Below, in pieces: positions 27,610 to 38,988 of a stretch of DNA of 64,000 nucleotides; positions within the stretch are counted from its first letter, which is position 1, and each line of letters begins with the position of its first letter. Source of the DNA: Octopus vulgaris (taxonomy: Eukaryota); NCBI GenBank assembly GCA_951406725.2, contig OX597839.1, positions 26,784,001 through 26,848,000 of the forward strand, read 5' to 3'. A program made the translations under genes and the position numbers. The notes beneath the pieces are model-generated. The model had not been told where the DNA came from. It did not search any database and worked only from the letters and a program-made list of their open reading frames with translations.

Positions 27610-27839
27610 GGCGGCGAGCTGGCAGAAGCGTTAGCACGCCGGGCGAAATGCTTAGCAGTATTTCGTCTGCCGCTACGTTCTGAGTTCAAATTCCGCCGAG
27701 GTCGACTTTGCCTTTCATCCTCTCGGGGTCGATAAATAAAGTACCAGTTTCGCACTGGGTCGATGTAATCGACTTAATCCGTTTGTCTGTCCTTGTTTGC
27801 CCCTCTATGTTTAGGCCCTTGTGGGTAGCAAAAGAAATA
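27610..27839 (+). mobile_element. SINE family B, Tx1-type tail, full length
   Basis: GGCGGCGAGCTGGCAGAA head, GAGTTCAAATTC B-box, tail TTGTCTGTCCTTG..GTGGGTAGCAAAAGAAA. Confidence 0.92.
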
Positions 27840-28099
27840 TATATCATGTATATATGTGAATAGAAGCAGGCGTGACTGTGTTGTAAGCCGTTCCGGGTTC
27901 AGTCCAGCTGCGTGGCACTTTGAGCGGGTGTTTCTACTATAGCCCTGGGTCGACTAAACCCTTGTGAGTAGATTTGGTTGACGGAATCTGAAAAAGCTCG
28001 TCATATATGTGTTTATTAATATTTAGCAGAAGCAACAGAGTGACTCGGGGGGCGAGAGTTTCGTGCATTGACACTTGTCAAACTACACACAGACACACA

Positions 28100-28154
<55 letters not shown>

Positions 28155-28534
28155 TCACACACACACACATACATATGCATGAGTGGCTGTGTGGTAAGTA
28201 GCCTGCTTACCAACCACATGGTTCTGGGTTCAGTCCCATTGCGTGACGCCTTGGTCTTCTACTAGAGCCTCAGGCCAACCAAAGCCTTGTGAGTGAATTT
28301 GGTAGACGGAAACTGTGTGTGTGTTTGTGTTTGTCCCCCCGATGGTGGCATGTATATACATAATATTATTGTTCTTTCTTGCGAAATATATAGAATTACT
28401 TTAAAGAAGTGTTCGGGCCGAAACAAGTAAAAGAATAAAAGAAAGAATATATATATATATATATGTACATTTTTACTTTTATATACATATTTATATTTAT
28501 TGCATATCTTTTACTTTTTTATATTTATATATAA

Positions 28535-29846
28535 CTAGCAGAGATACCCGGCGTTGCCCGATTACATTCAATTGGAGAATTAGACTTTTCTGTTATATCT
28601 TCTGTGATGAACTGGAATATCTATGTTTCGAATTTCATCAAAATTGCAGATGAGGGTTATTTCAATCTTTACACACCCTAAAAAATTGTAATCGTGCCAC
28701 ATGTATCCCATAATCCTGATTTTTATGCGCATATTCCAAAATTCCAGTCTTATTTAACTTGTTAAAAAGATTTTGTTCCTGAAAAATGAAGGTCATGGAG
28801 CTCTAAAATGTGAGAGTTAAGGCCCCTGTTGGGGGTGGGCATCTTAATGTCAACCAGAGAAGTTGAATTGTTGAAAATCTTTTTAACTTGGGTCTTATAT
28901 CTATTGTTTGAATTTCTTTGAAATAGGAAATATATGTTCACTGGGTTTGTAAAAGAGAGCAAAGCTACAGGAAACCAAAAGACGAATGATCACAATAAGC
29001 AGTCAGTTACCCTACCCTAGTCGTTACCACTCCTAATGTAGGATTCCTCACCATCCAGGTGACAGGCACAGCCGTAAGATGCATTACGAATCTATAGCAA
29101 TTGGAAGTGCGTGACCCAACTGAAATCAACATTAACAACTGTTTGACGTGAGAGCTAAGGAGAAATGAAAGTGTCACCTCTGTAGTTTGCAAATGACCAC
29201 TATACTGATACGTAACTGGACAGAATAAATTTAAAATCTATAAATGTCTTCGAATAACCAGTCACTCATCTGGGAAGGCCTTGAAATCAATGTTACCATC
29301 TGGGGACTATGTGTGACCGAGTGATAATAAAAAGACTGAAAGGAGGTCTGCAATCAAATAAATTTTACTCTACACTTTGCAACTGAATCAGTGGAGGCAA
29401 AGATGCCTCTCATTTACTTGACAATTTATGCAGCACATTGCAGAAATCACAATATAAGTGTATGTCAAAGCAAACTGTTACACTGTTGTACCATTGAATT
29501 ACAACTAATGCACATCTTTTATGCTCAGGTAACCCTACAGCTTCCAAGAGCACAACTGTATTCATTTTTGCTTAGATAAAATGACAAAATTGTAGATGTT
29601 AAGTCCCCATGGAGGGGTCTTTCTAACTTTGTAAGATGAAATTTTATAGATATTACTTCATTTGTGTCTAATGTCTATGGTTAAAATTTCATCAACAGCA
29701 AAAATATATGAATTGTCATGGGCGTTATGGCCCTTATGCATAGAATATAATTTCCAAATTTCATAAAGATCCATTCAGTACTTTTGACCAAGTTTTGGAT
29801 CATAAAAGAAATTATTAAAATTTGGGATTTAAGGCTCCCATTAGGG

Positions 29847-29862
<16 letters not shown>
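28535..29862 (-). mobile_element. Helitron-like non-autonomous element (different family)
   Basis: Same 3' signature reversed (A-CTAG-CAGAGATACCCGGCGTTGCCCG); the 5' limit is uncertain and runs into (TA)n. Confidence 0.55.
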
Positions 29863-29899
<37 letters not shown>

Positions 29900-30180
29900 T
29901 GCACACATACAAAGATAAATTGATAGATACAACTGAGTGGGCAAACAAAAATATGAGACACAGCCTAGTGCTTTTTTATGTTGATAAGCCTAGTACTTAC
30001 TCTATTAGTTTGTTCTTGTGAAACCAGTAAGTTATGTGGATGTAAATAAGTGAACAGCAGTTGTGAAGCAGTGATGAGGGCGAAACACAGAGACAAAGAC
30101 ACACACATACACTTACATATATACATACATATATATACGATTTATTTGTTACAGTTCCTGTCTACGAAATCCATATATAT

Positions 30181-32886
30181 TGTTGTTGGCATCCTTTTTG
30201 TCTCGGGAGACAATGGAGTTGCGCATAAAATAATCTAGTCCGGCTTTTACATTTCATGTCCTAATACATCTCTTGCTGTGGCTGTGTAGTCCTATCCGGG
30301 ACAAACACTCCCTCTGGCAGGTGCCGTAAATGTAGCGAAGACTTTGCCTGACTGGTTGTAATGTCATAGTTTCTTGTTGACGTCTTTTCTTGTCTTTCCA
30401 TTTCTCCTTTCTCACTATGTCACTCCTTTGTGTTCCCTCTTTTACGGTACGTCGCCAATCTCCACGGTTGCTGGCAACTGCTTCCCAGTTGGTAATATTG
30501 ATGTTGCAGGCATTCATGTCCCTTTTGCAAACATCCTTGTATCGTAAGAACGGTCTTCCCACAGACCTAGTGCCCCTAGCAAGCTCTCCGTTGAGTATGT
30601 CCTTGGGGATTCTGCCATCTTCCATACGGCTAACATGTCCAAGCCATCTCATACGTCTTTGTGTGAAGAGTGCAAACATGCTTGGTATTCCTGCTTGCTT
30701 GAGGACATCTTTGTTAGGGACATGATTCTGCCATTTGATGCGATGGATTTTCCGGAGACAGCGCAGTGAAAGATATTTAGGCGACGTATGGCGTCGTATG
30801 GCGTGTGTATGGCGTCAAAGTCATACAGTAGAGTGCTAAGTACACATGCCTGGTAAATCTTCATTTTTGTGGTCTTGGTCAGCTTATTGTTGTCCCATGC
30901 GCGTTTGGTGAGTTGGGCCATCACAGCAGCTGCCTTGCCAATGCGTATATTGAGCTCAGCATCAAGGGATAGGTTGTAGGTGACGGTAGAGCCAAGATAG
31001 GTAAACTTCTCCACCTCCTATACTCTGTGGTCTCCAATATGTATGTTTGGGATGTCCGATGTAGCCTGACCCATGATGTTGGTCTTCTTGAGGCTGATAA
31101 CTAAGCCAAAGTTGCCAAATGCTTGCTCAAAACAGTTGCTGAGCCTTCGTAGGGCTTCTTCTGTGTGTGATACCAGAGCGGCATCATCAGCAAATAGCAT
31201 CTCCTTGATCAGGACGCTTCTGAGATTTTGGTCTTGGCACGCAGACGCGAGAGATTGAACAGTTTCCCATCACTTCTACAGTGCAGAAACACTCCATCAT
31301 CTGATGTCTCAAAGGCATGTGACAGCAGCAGCGAGAAGAAGATGCCAAATAATGTAGGAGCAAGGACACAACCTTGCTCTACCCCATTTTTTATTTGGAA
31401 GGCGGCTGATGTTGAACCATTGTGCTGTATGGTGCCTTGCATATTAGCATGGAATGATTTGATGATCCTCAGCAGCTTTGGTGGACATCCGATTTTTTGG
31501 AGCAGGATGAAGAGGCCTTTTCTACTTACCAAGTCAAAGCCCTTTGTCAGATCAATGAAGGCCATATATAATGGCATGTTCTGCTCTCTGGACTTCTGAA
31601 GTTGGCGTATGGAGAATATCATGTCAATAGTTGATCTGCTTCTTCTAAAGCCACACTGCGATTCTGGATAAATTCGAGAAGCAATTAGTTGCAGCCTGGA
31701 CAGGATAATGCGAGCAGAGGCCTTTCCAACTGTGCTTAGAAGAGATATTCCACGGTAATTGTTACAATCATCACGGTCACTTTTATTTTTGTAAAGCGTA
31801 ATGATGTTAGCATCCCGCATATTCTGAGGGACTGTACCATCTTACCAGCACTGACACAGAAGCTCATGAATGTGCCGAAGCAGGATGGTGTTTTTGCCGG
31901 TTTTGATGATCTCTAAGGGGATGCCGTCTTTTCCCGGAGCCTTGTTACTTGCTAGGGAGTCAATAGATTTGGTGAGCTCTGCTATAGATGGCAGACTGTC
32001 AAGTTCACACATGACTGGCAAGATCTTGACACCCTCGATTGCAGCCTCAGCTACCTGGTCTCTCGTGAGTAGAGATCCTGGTAGTACTCCATCCATCTAT
32101 CCATTTGCTTGCTTTGGTCCTTGATGAGATCTCCAGTAGTTGATTTCAGAGGGGCTGAGGTGGTTGCGGATGGACCGAGGGCCTTCTTCAAACCGGCATA
32201 CATCCCACGGGTGTCGCCACTGTCAGCAGCTGACTGGATACTCTGACAGATTTCCTGTCAATACCCATTTGCACAGCGTCTGGCAGTCAGTTGGGTTTTA
32301 TTTCTTGCCTTTCTGAGTTCTTCGAGTGACTTTGTAGAAGAATCACTCTTGTATTGCATCAGAGCTGTACGCTTTGCTTCGATAACTGTTTCCAGCTCTG
32401 AGAGCCCAGCACTGAACAAAATCTGGGTTTTACCTTTCTCTCATTCCGAAAGTATCTATTGATGTGGTATACAAAGCTTCCCTGATATAATTCCACCTAC
32501 TTTCAGCAGAGGAGGTTGGGCAGCTAATGAGGGCAACCTTGATAGAAACAGCAAAACATTGTCGCAGTGTAGGGTCCGAGGTTCTGGCAGTGTTAATGCG
32601 TGGTTGGCTCATTTTCTTGGAGTGATGGACTTTTTAGGCAGAATCCTCACCCTTCTTATTAGTGAATGATCTGTGTCACAATCCGCGCTACGGGTCAGTT
32701 GAACAGAATTCAGAAAGGATCTTCGTGTAATGGTGAGATCCAACTGATGCCAGTGGTGAGATCTTGGATGTCTCCAAGATGCCTTGTGGGATGTCTTGTT
32801 GGGAAAGAATGTGTTGGTGATGCACAGGTTATGGTATGTGCAAAATTCAAGTAGTCTCTGGCCATTGTCATTCATGTTGCCAATAC
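30181..32886 (-). mobile_element. RTE-clade LINE, 5'-truncated and frameshifted (AP endonuclease C-part plus reverse transcriptase)
   Basis: NDNGQRLLEFC, WRHPRSHHWHQLD, DTDH, NYRGISLLS, PESQCGFR, FIDLTKGFD, QGCVLAPTLF, LFADD, FTYLGS, RWLGHV, GRP; 3' end GGATGCCAACAACA. Confidence 0.95.
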
Positions 32887-32954
32887 TAAAACACATACAC
32901 TTACATATATACATATATATACGATTGATTTGTTTCAGTTCCTGTCCACGAAAT

Positions 32955-33024
<70 letters not shown>

Positions 33025-33027
33025 TAT

Positions 33028-33062
<35 letters not shown>

Positions 33063-33257
33063 GATAAATTGATAGATACAACTGAGTGGGCAAACAAAAA
33101 TGTGAGACACTGCGTAGAGCTTTTTAAATTTTGATAAGCCTGGTACTTATTCTATCAGTTTCTTCTTGTGAAACCAGTATGTTATGGGGATGTAAATAAA
33201 CGAACACCAGTTGTGAAGCAGTGATGAGAGAGAAACACAAAGACACACACACAGACT

Positions 33258-33289
<32 letters not shown>

Positions 33290-33789
33290 CGATTGATTTC
33301 TTTCAGTTTCTGTCTACAAAATCCACTGACAAGGCTTTGGTTGGTCTCAGGCTATAGTAGAAGACACATGCCAAGTTACCACACAGTGGGACTGAACTGA
33401 GAACCATGCGTTTTGGAACCATAAGAATACTTATGCATAAATCTAAAATCGTAAATAATTTCTTTGTTATTGTAGTATATATCAGTAAAAAATGGAATAT
33501 TCCCAAAATTGCATGATTAACTAAATGATTTTCATTTCTTATTTAAACGTGGCAATCCTCTTGAAAAAAATTGAGAACCTCAAAAACTGAACTTTCACCA
33601 ACTCGTCATGTAGTGCCTAACTGCTTTCTGCTGGATTTTACCTCGAGAAAGGAACCCTGAGGAAGGAGAGCTGAATTTCGAATACTTCGTACAACAAACG
33701 GCTGCAGGTTAGGAAAAAATTTAATCGCCACTTTTAATTTAGGTTTTTATTTTTCATGTTTTTATTTGTATTTCATTGTTATGTTTATA

Positions 33790-34356
33790 TTAGGTCGTCC
33801 GGAAAGTTCGTTCCGATTTTTAAAGGAAAGTACATGGTCACTAAATACTTGCCATTACATTTTTAATGAACCAAATCTGAACCATTTCGTTGCACAATAC
33901 GTCTCCATCTTACCTTTACCTTAAAAATACCCTCTTCCCAGAATTGGGGTGGTTTCAAGGAAAATAATTCATCAAGGTATCTTTTTACGTCATCTAAGGA
34001 ATTGAAATTTTCACCATTAAGACTATTCTGCGGAGACCTGAATAAGTGGAAATCCGAAGGAGTAATATTTGGTGAATATGGAGGGTGGGGTAAGTCACCC
34101 CAGCCAAGCTGCAGCAATTTTTGTCTGGTTCCCAAAGCATCAAATGCCGATAATGAATTTTTCTTATCTTTTAATTTAAAGGGTTACAGAATTAACACAG
34201 GTTATTGGAACATAAACCTTCTTCCACGAAAAGATAGATTAAACTGTGCTCCAAATGGAGGTGTAGTCAAATCCTATTTTATGGACTCAAACATGTTCTA
34301 AAATAAGTCGAAAGATAAGCTACTATAAATCTGCAAGAACTTTCCGGACAACCCAA
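33790..34356 (-). mobile_element. Internally deleted mariner (567 bp)
   Basis: TIR TTAGGTCGTCCGGAAAGTTC / GAACTTTCCGGACAACCCAA with TA TSDs; retains LPHPPYSPNITPSDFHLF C-terminus. Confidence 0.9.
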
Positions 34357-34755
34357 TATTTCTATATTTTTATCAGGAAATTCTTAATATAAATATGTGG
34401 ATATTCGTATGGAATAATACCTCATGTGCTACATCTGAATTTTCTTGTCTGGATGTTTTAAGACAAATATCCGAAATTTTTATCGTATACCACATTTTAT
34501 TAATACTTAGCTCATATACGGAGGCAAAAATGTTGTACTATATACTGCAGGTTATCTCCATTAAAATTATATTTAGCATTAGAATTCTTCAAGTTGTATA
34601 AAAATGGTTATTGTCTGCATCATTCGAAAGCGAAATAAATTTTGCATAAGGTGTAAAAGATAAAAATAATTTGTATGGTGTTAGTAACAAAATATTTTGT
34701 AAGAAATAGAACTTTTATCGTCTGTCTTAAATATATTTTCGCCAGTGTATCTATC

Positions 34756-36888
34756 TCAGGTCATCCCATAAGTTCTGTCTGAATTTTGGATAAAGAATAC
34801 AAGTGATCAAATGTTATATTTAATCATCAATGTACTTTCCCTAATTATCTATGACTTACTTCCATCTATTTACAAGCTTTTTAATCCCATCAACGTAAAA
34901 CTCTTTTGGTTTCAAAGCGAAGAACTCTGAAATGTCAGGTTCGACCTCCCCCTGGCTTGCGAAAGTTGTATCCCCCCTACTAATTCTGTAAACTATGAAA
35001 CAAATGGTATCCTGAAGGAGTAAGGTCGGGAGAATAAGTTGGATGAAGAAATTTTTCGATCTTCTGTGATGTGATCTTTGCAATGTGGGGTTGCGCATTG
35101 TCCTGATGAAACATCACTCGTTTTCGACTCACTAAAGCGGCTCTTTTTTCCTTCAAAGCTTGGTTCAAACGCTCTAATTGCTGACAGTAGACTTGAGCAT
35201 TGATTGTTGCATTAGGTGGTAACAATATAAAGTGAATTACACCTTTGCAATCGCACCAGATAGAGAGTAGAACCTTTTTCCCATGAAGTTCCCTTCTCGG
35301 TTGTGGTTGAGAATTTTCCCTTTTACCAAGCCACTGTTTACGACGTCTAGCATTTCGATAGAAAATCCATTTTTCATCACAAGTCTATCGAAAAAGGGTG
35401 AAATGAGTTTGCGAGAATGGAGAGAAGAGCAGATGCCAACTCGGGATTTGCGGTTGCTTTCGGACAATACATAAGGCACCTATTTTCCAAGTTTAGGAAT
35501 CTTTCCACGTTGTTGAAGATGACGATGAACTGTTGCATGGTTTGAAGTAAGCTTTATTGCCAATTCTTCAACTGATAATGACGGATTTTCTTCAAGTAAT
35601 GCCTCAAGGAGCTTGTCAAACTCAACTGGACATCCTGTTCGATATTCATCTTCAATTTTGCAGAGGATCTCCTGCAAGTTCTTTCATTCGAGCACTTTGC
35701 CATAAACTGAGTGTATGTTTCGAGTCACTTCGGCAGCAGAGTTACCTTTATTGTACTCATAAAGAATTATATGTGCCTTAAATGCTCCTTGGATACTTCC
35801 ATGTTGAAAGGGTTTTAATCAAAGCAATTTTAGGGTGTCCACGAAGTCTGGGTTTATGGAATAAAATCATAACATAAACAAATAAATATAAGAAATAATA
35901 ATTTTCCTTTTTTACTTTTGTTTAAATTAAATAAAAAAAATACTTTACTTTTCTAAATTTATTTGTTATTTTTTCTACAGATGATCGAAAGATTGGCTCT
36001 GTCTAAAGAAGAAAGAATCCCAGATCGAATGATGAATCTGTCTAAAGAAGAAAGAATCGAGTTAGTATTATTAAGTGGACGAGAGGGATGGTCTTATCGC
36101 AAAATTGCGGAAGAATTTAATCTTCCACACCCTTGTAGGCAACCTATTTATTTTACTACCGTCAGGAAATTGCTCAAGAAATTTAAAGAAACAGGCAGTG
36201 TTTCGGATAAACCCCGTTCCGGGCGACCAAAGACTTCAGATGAAACTAAAGAGGCTGTCGAGGCTAAAGTTTCTGCTAGCTAGCCCCCAAAAATCACTTC
36301 GTCGGACATCTACGGTGTTAGGTGTTCCAAAACCAACCATCCACAAAATGCTGGTTGAGGAAAAGTTTCATCGATACAACCTACAGATATTGCATCACTT
36401 AAATGAAGACGATCCTGATAGACGAATGTAGACGTGCGAATGGTTTTCAGATAAATTGGATGAAAATATCAATTTTACGAAAAACTTTGTGTTGTTCATT
36501 GACAAAGCTACGTTTTATGTAAATGGTGAGGTCAACAGACAGAATCTTCTATACTGGTCTCGAGGTAATCCACATTGGATGGATCTATCCAAACAGCAAG
36601 ACAGCAAAAAGGTGAAAATATTATTTATTGAAAATATTTATTTGAAAATATTATTTATTAACATTATAATTAAATAAAATTGTTTTGTTTTAAAAGTATG
36701 TGTTAATCCCCATGTACGCAGACTTTGTGTACACCGTCTATTATTTTGTAAAACAATATTGAATTAGTTTAAACGTACACAAATGCATAAAAATAATTTT
36801 TAATTGAATTAGACATTTGCAAATACTATTAAATTTCATTCAAATCTTAAAAAAGGTAAAATTGGATAGAACTGACTGGATGACTTGA
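34756..36888 (-). mobile_element. Mariner transposon, transposase pseudogene (ATG at 35802), host of a nested element
   Basis: TIR TCAGGTCATCC..AGTTCT / AGAACT..GGATGACTTGA-TA; motifs MEVSKEHLRH, FHQDNAQPH, YSPDLTPSGYHLF. Confidence 0.88.
35831..36738 (+). mobile_element. Tc1/mariner-superfamily element (rosa/DD41D-like N-terminal half) nested in the mariner 5' UTR
   Basis: Imperfect TIR GGGTGTCCACGAAGTCTG..ATGG / CCATG..CAGACTTTGTGTACACC; motifs KFKETGSV.D.PRSGRP, LNEDDPDRR, F.DKATF.VNGEVNRQN..YWS..NPHW; subfamily is inference. Confidence 0.82.
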
Positions 36889-37628
36889 TATATATAATCT
36901 ATGATATTCTAGTAAGTTTCAAGTTTATAACACCTTGATATCTCATGTTATCTCATTTTATATGCCTAAGACGTTTATTTTCTATTCTGGTTTTTATATA
37001 TTTCTATACATTATATTTATATCTATAATTTATTTTAAGCCGAAACATAATACGATCCTTGTACGAACGAAAGAACAAGAATGTCCTCTGGAACGTTTAT
37101 CTTTCATCGGCATTTGTAATCGATGGTGACATGAGCGATGATTTTGCGACTATCTTATATTTTACAGAGAAATTGGAAGCCCCGAATGTAAGTCAGCGCT
37201 TTATGCATAATTCAATATTCATAGTTCTCTATTTCTAACAGAAATTCTGTCCTCAATAACTATAGATCTATTTCTAAATGTATTTCTTTTCGTTCATGCA
37301 TTCCCATTTGTCTCTTGACAAAGCTTTCTTTCTCCAGCGTTCACCACGTCACCCCGTTAGGGTTAAACAGCCCTTACCGAAATTTTTTACTGTCCTGATT
37401 TTGTTAGCAGCTTTGACGTTCCAGGTATCTCATTTTATCTAATTTGCCTCGGGGGGAGCAGTTGCTTTGACGAAGACACATCTTGTTGCAATGCGGAGTA
37501 AGTAATACTGCCAACAACTGAGGAAGAGTTGTTTTTCTTATATGCTGTCTTCATGCTATAGTTCTCTATGTAATTAAAATTCTTCTTCCTCTTCTTCCTC
37601 TTCTTCAAAAGCCGCCGCCGCCGCCGCC

Positions 37629-37728
37629 NNNNNNNNNNNNNNNNNNNNNNNNNNNNNNNNNNNNNNNNNNNNNNNNNNNNNNNNNNNNNNNNNNNNNNNN
37701 NNNNNNNNNNNNNNNNNNNNNNNNNNNN
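37629..37728. other. Assembly gap (100 N)
   Basis: Direct. Confidence 1.
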
Positions 37729-38564
37729 ATAGAAGTCAGGTGGTAGTAGCCACTTCCATTAACACGCAAACAGTGAGCTGTGTTCCGCAGGGCACTGTTT
37801 TGGGACCACTACTGTTCATAATGGCCCTCTCAGACATGCCCTCAGCCACGCAGAGAGCCACGATCACAAGTTATGCAGATGATACAAAAGTTTCACAGGC
37901 AATACAGAACCCTGTGGACACTAAACGCCTGCAATGTGAGCTGGACAAAATATACAAGTTGGCTGAAAAGAATAGCATGCAGTTCAATGCTGAAAAGTTT
38001 CAAGCTTTATACTATCAGCATGCAAAACTAAATGCAATACCCAATGAATACACTGGACCCGGAGGAATAGCAATCCCAGAGGCACAATAAGTGCGTGACC
38101 TGGGTATTTACATGAGTGATGACGCAACCTTTCGTGTACATGTTGCTAAATTTGTCCCAGACTTTGGCATTGAGAGTCACACAAATGCCAGAACCGATTC
38201 CACTGCGTAGTACCAAGGACTCCAAATTTGCCATCAAGATGTAGGACAAGATATTGTAATAGCCTGGGCTTCAGAGGCCCACAGCTCTTCAATATCCTCC
38301 CGAAGAAACTGAGGGACCTGCATGGTGTAGATGCGGATGTCTTTAAAGTAGGACTGGATCTCTTCCTGTCAGGTGTCCCGGATGAACCAACTTCACGGCA
38401 GGAGGTGCAGATGAGGGCAGCTGCATCGAACTCTCTCATGCATCAGATGGCGTTTGCTAAGAAGCATCCGTGAGGTAAAATCGTGTAGCAAACCAAATGG
38501 CGGTGCCCCAGCATAGCCACAGCTCATTAGCTGAAACTGGAAAATCAAAATCAAAATCAAAATC
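37729..38564 (+). mobile_element. CR1/L2-group LINE 3' fragment (RT pseudogene, internal deletion) with (AAAATC)4 tail
   Basis: VPQGTVLGPLLF, YADDTK, MQFNAEK, VRDLG, LFNILP, FK..LD.FL; premature TAA at 38088-38090. Confidence 0.9.
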
Positions 38565-38634
38565 ATATATATATAATAATATATATATATATATATAATA
38601 ATATATATATATATATAATAATATATATATATAT

Positions 38635-38676
<42 letters not shown>

Positions 38677-38692
38677 ATATATATATATAATA

Positions 38693-38734
<42 letters not shown>

Positions 38735-38741
38735 CATATAT

Positions 38742-38784
<43 letters not shown>

Positions 38785-38836
38785 ATAATACATATATATA
38801 TATAATAATACATATATATATATATATAATATATAT

Positions 38837-38897
<61 letters not shown>

Positions 38898-38988
38898 GAA
38901 ATATTAAAATTACGAATTCTCTATAATAGAGATTGCAGCAGCGTTTACTGGAAATTAATTGTTATCGCAATATTAATATGGCATTCTA

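Noticed and set aside
30254-33097. Functional reverse transcriptase gene
   Set aside because: Multiple frameshifts and stops, and 5' truncation within the endonuclease
33650-33712. AACC-CTGAGGA..CAAAC-GGCT-GCA-GGTT hammerhead-like string
   Set aside because: Two core mismatches and no clear stem II
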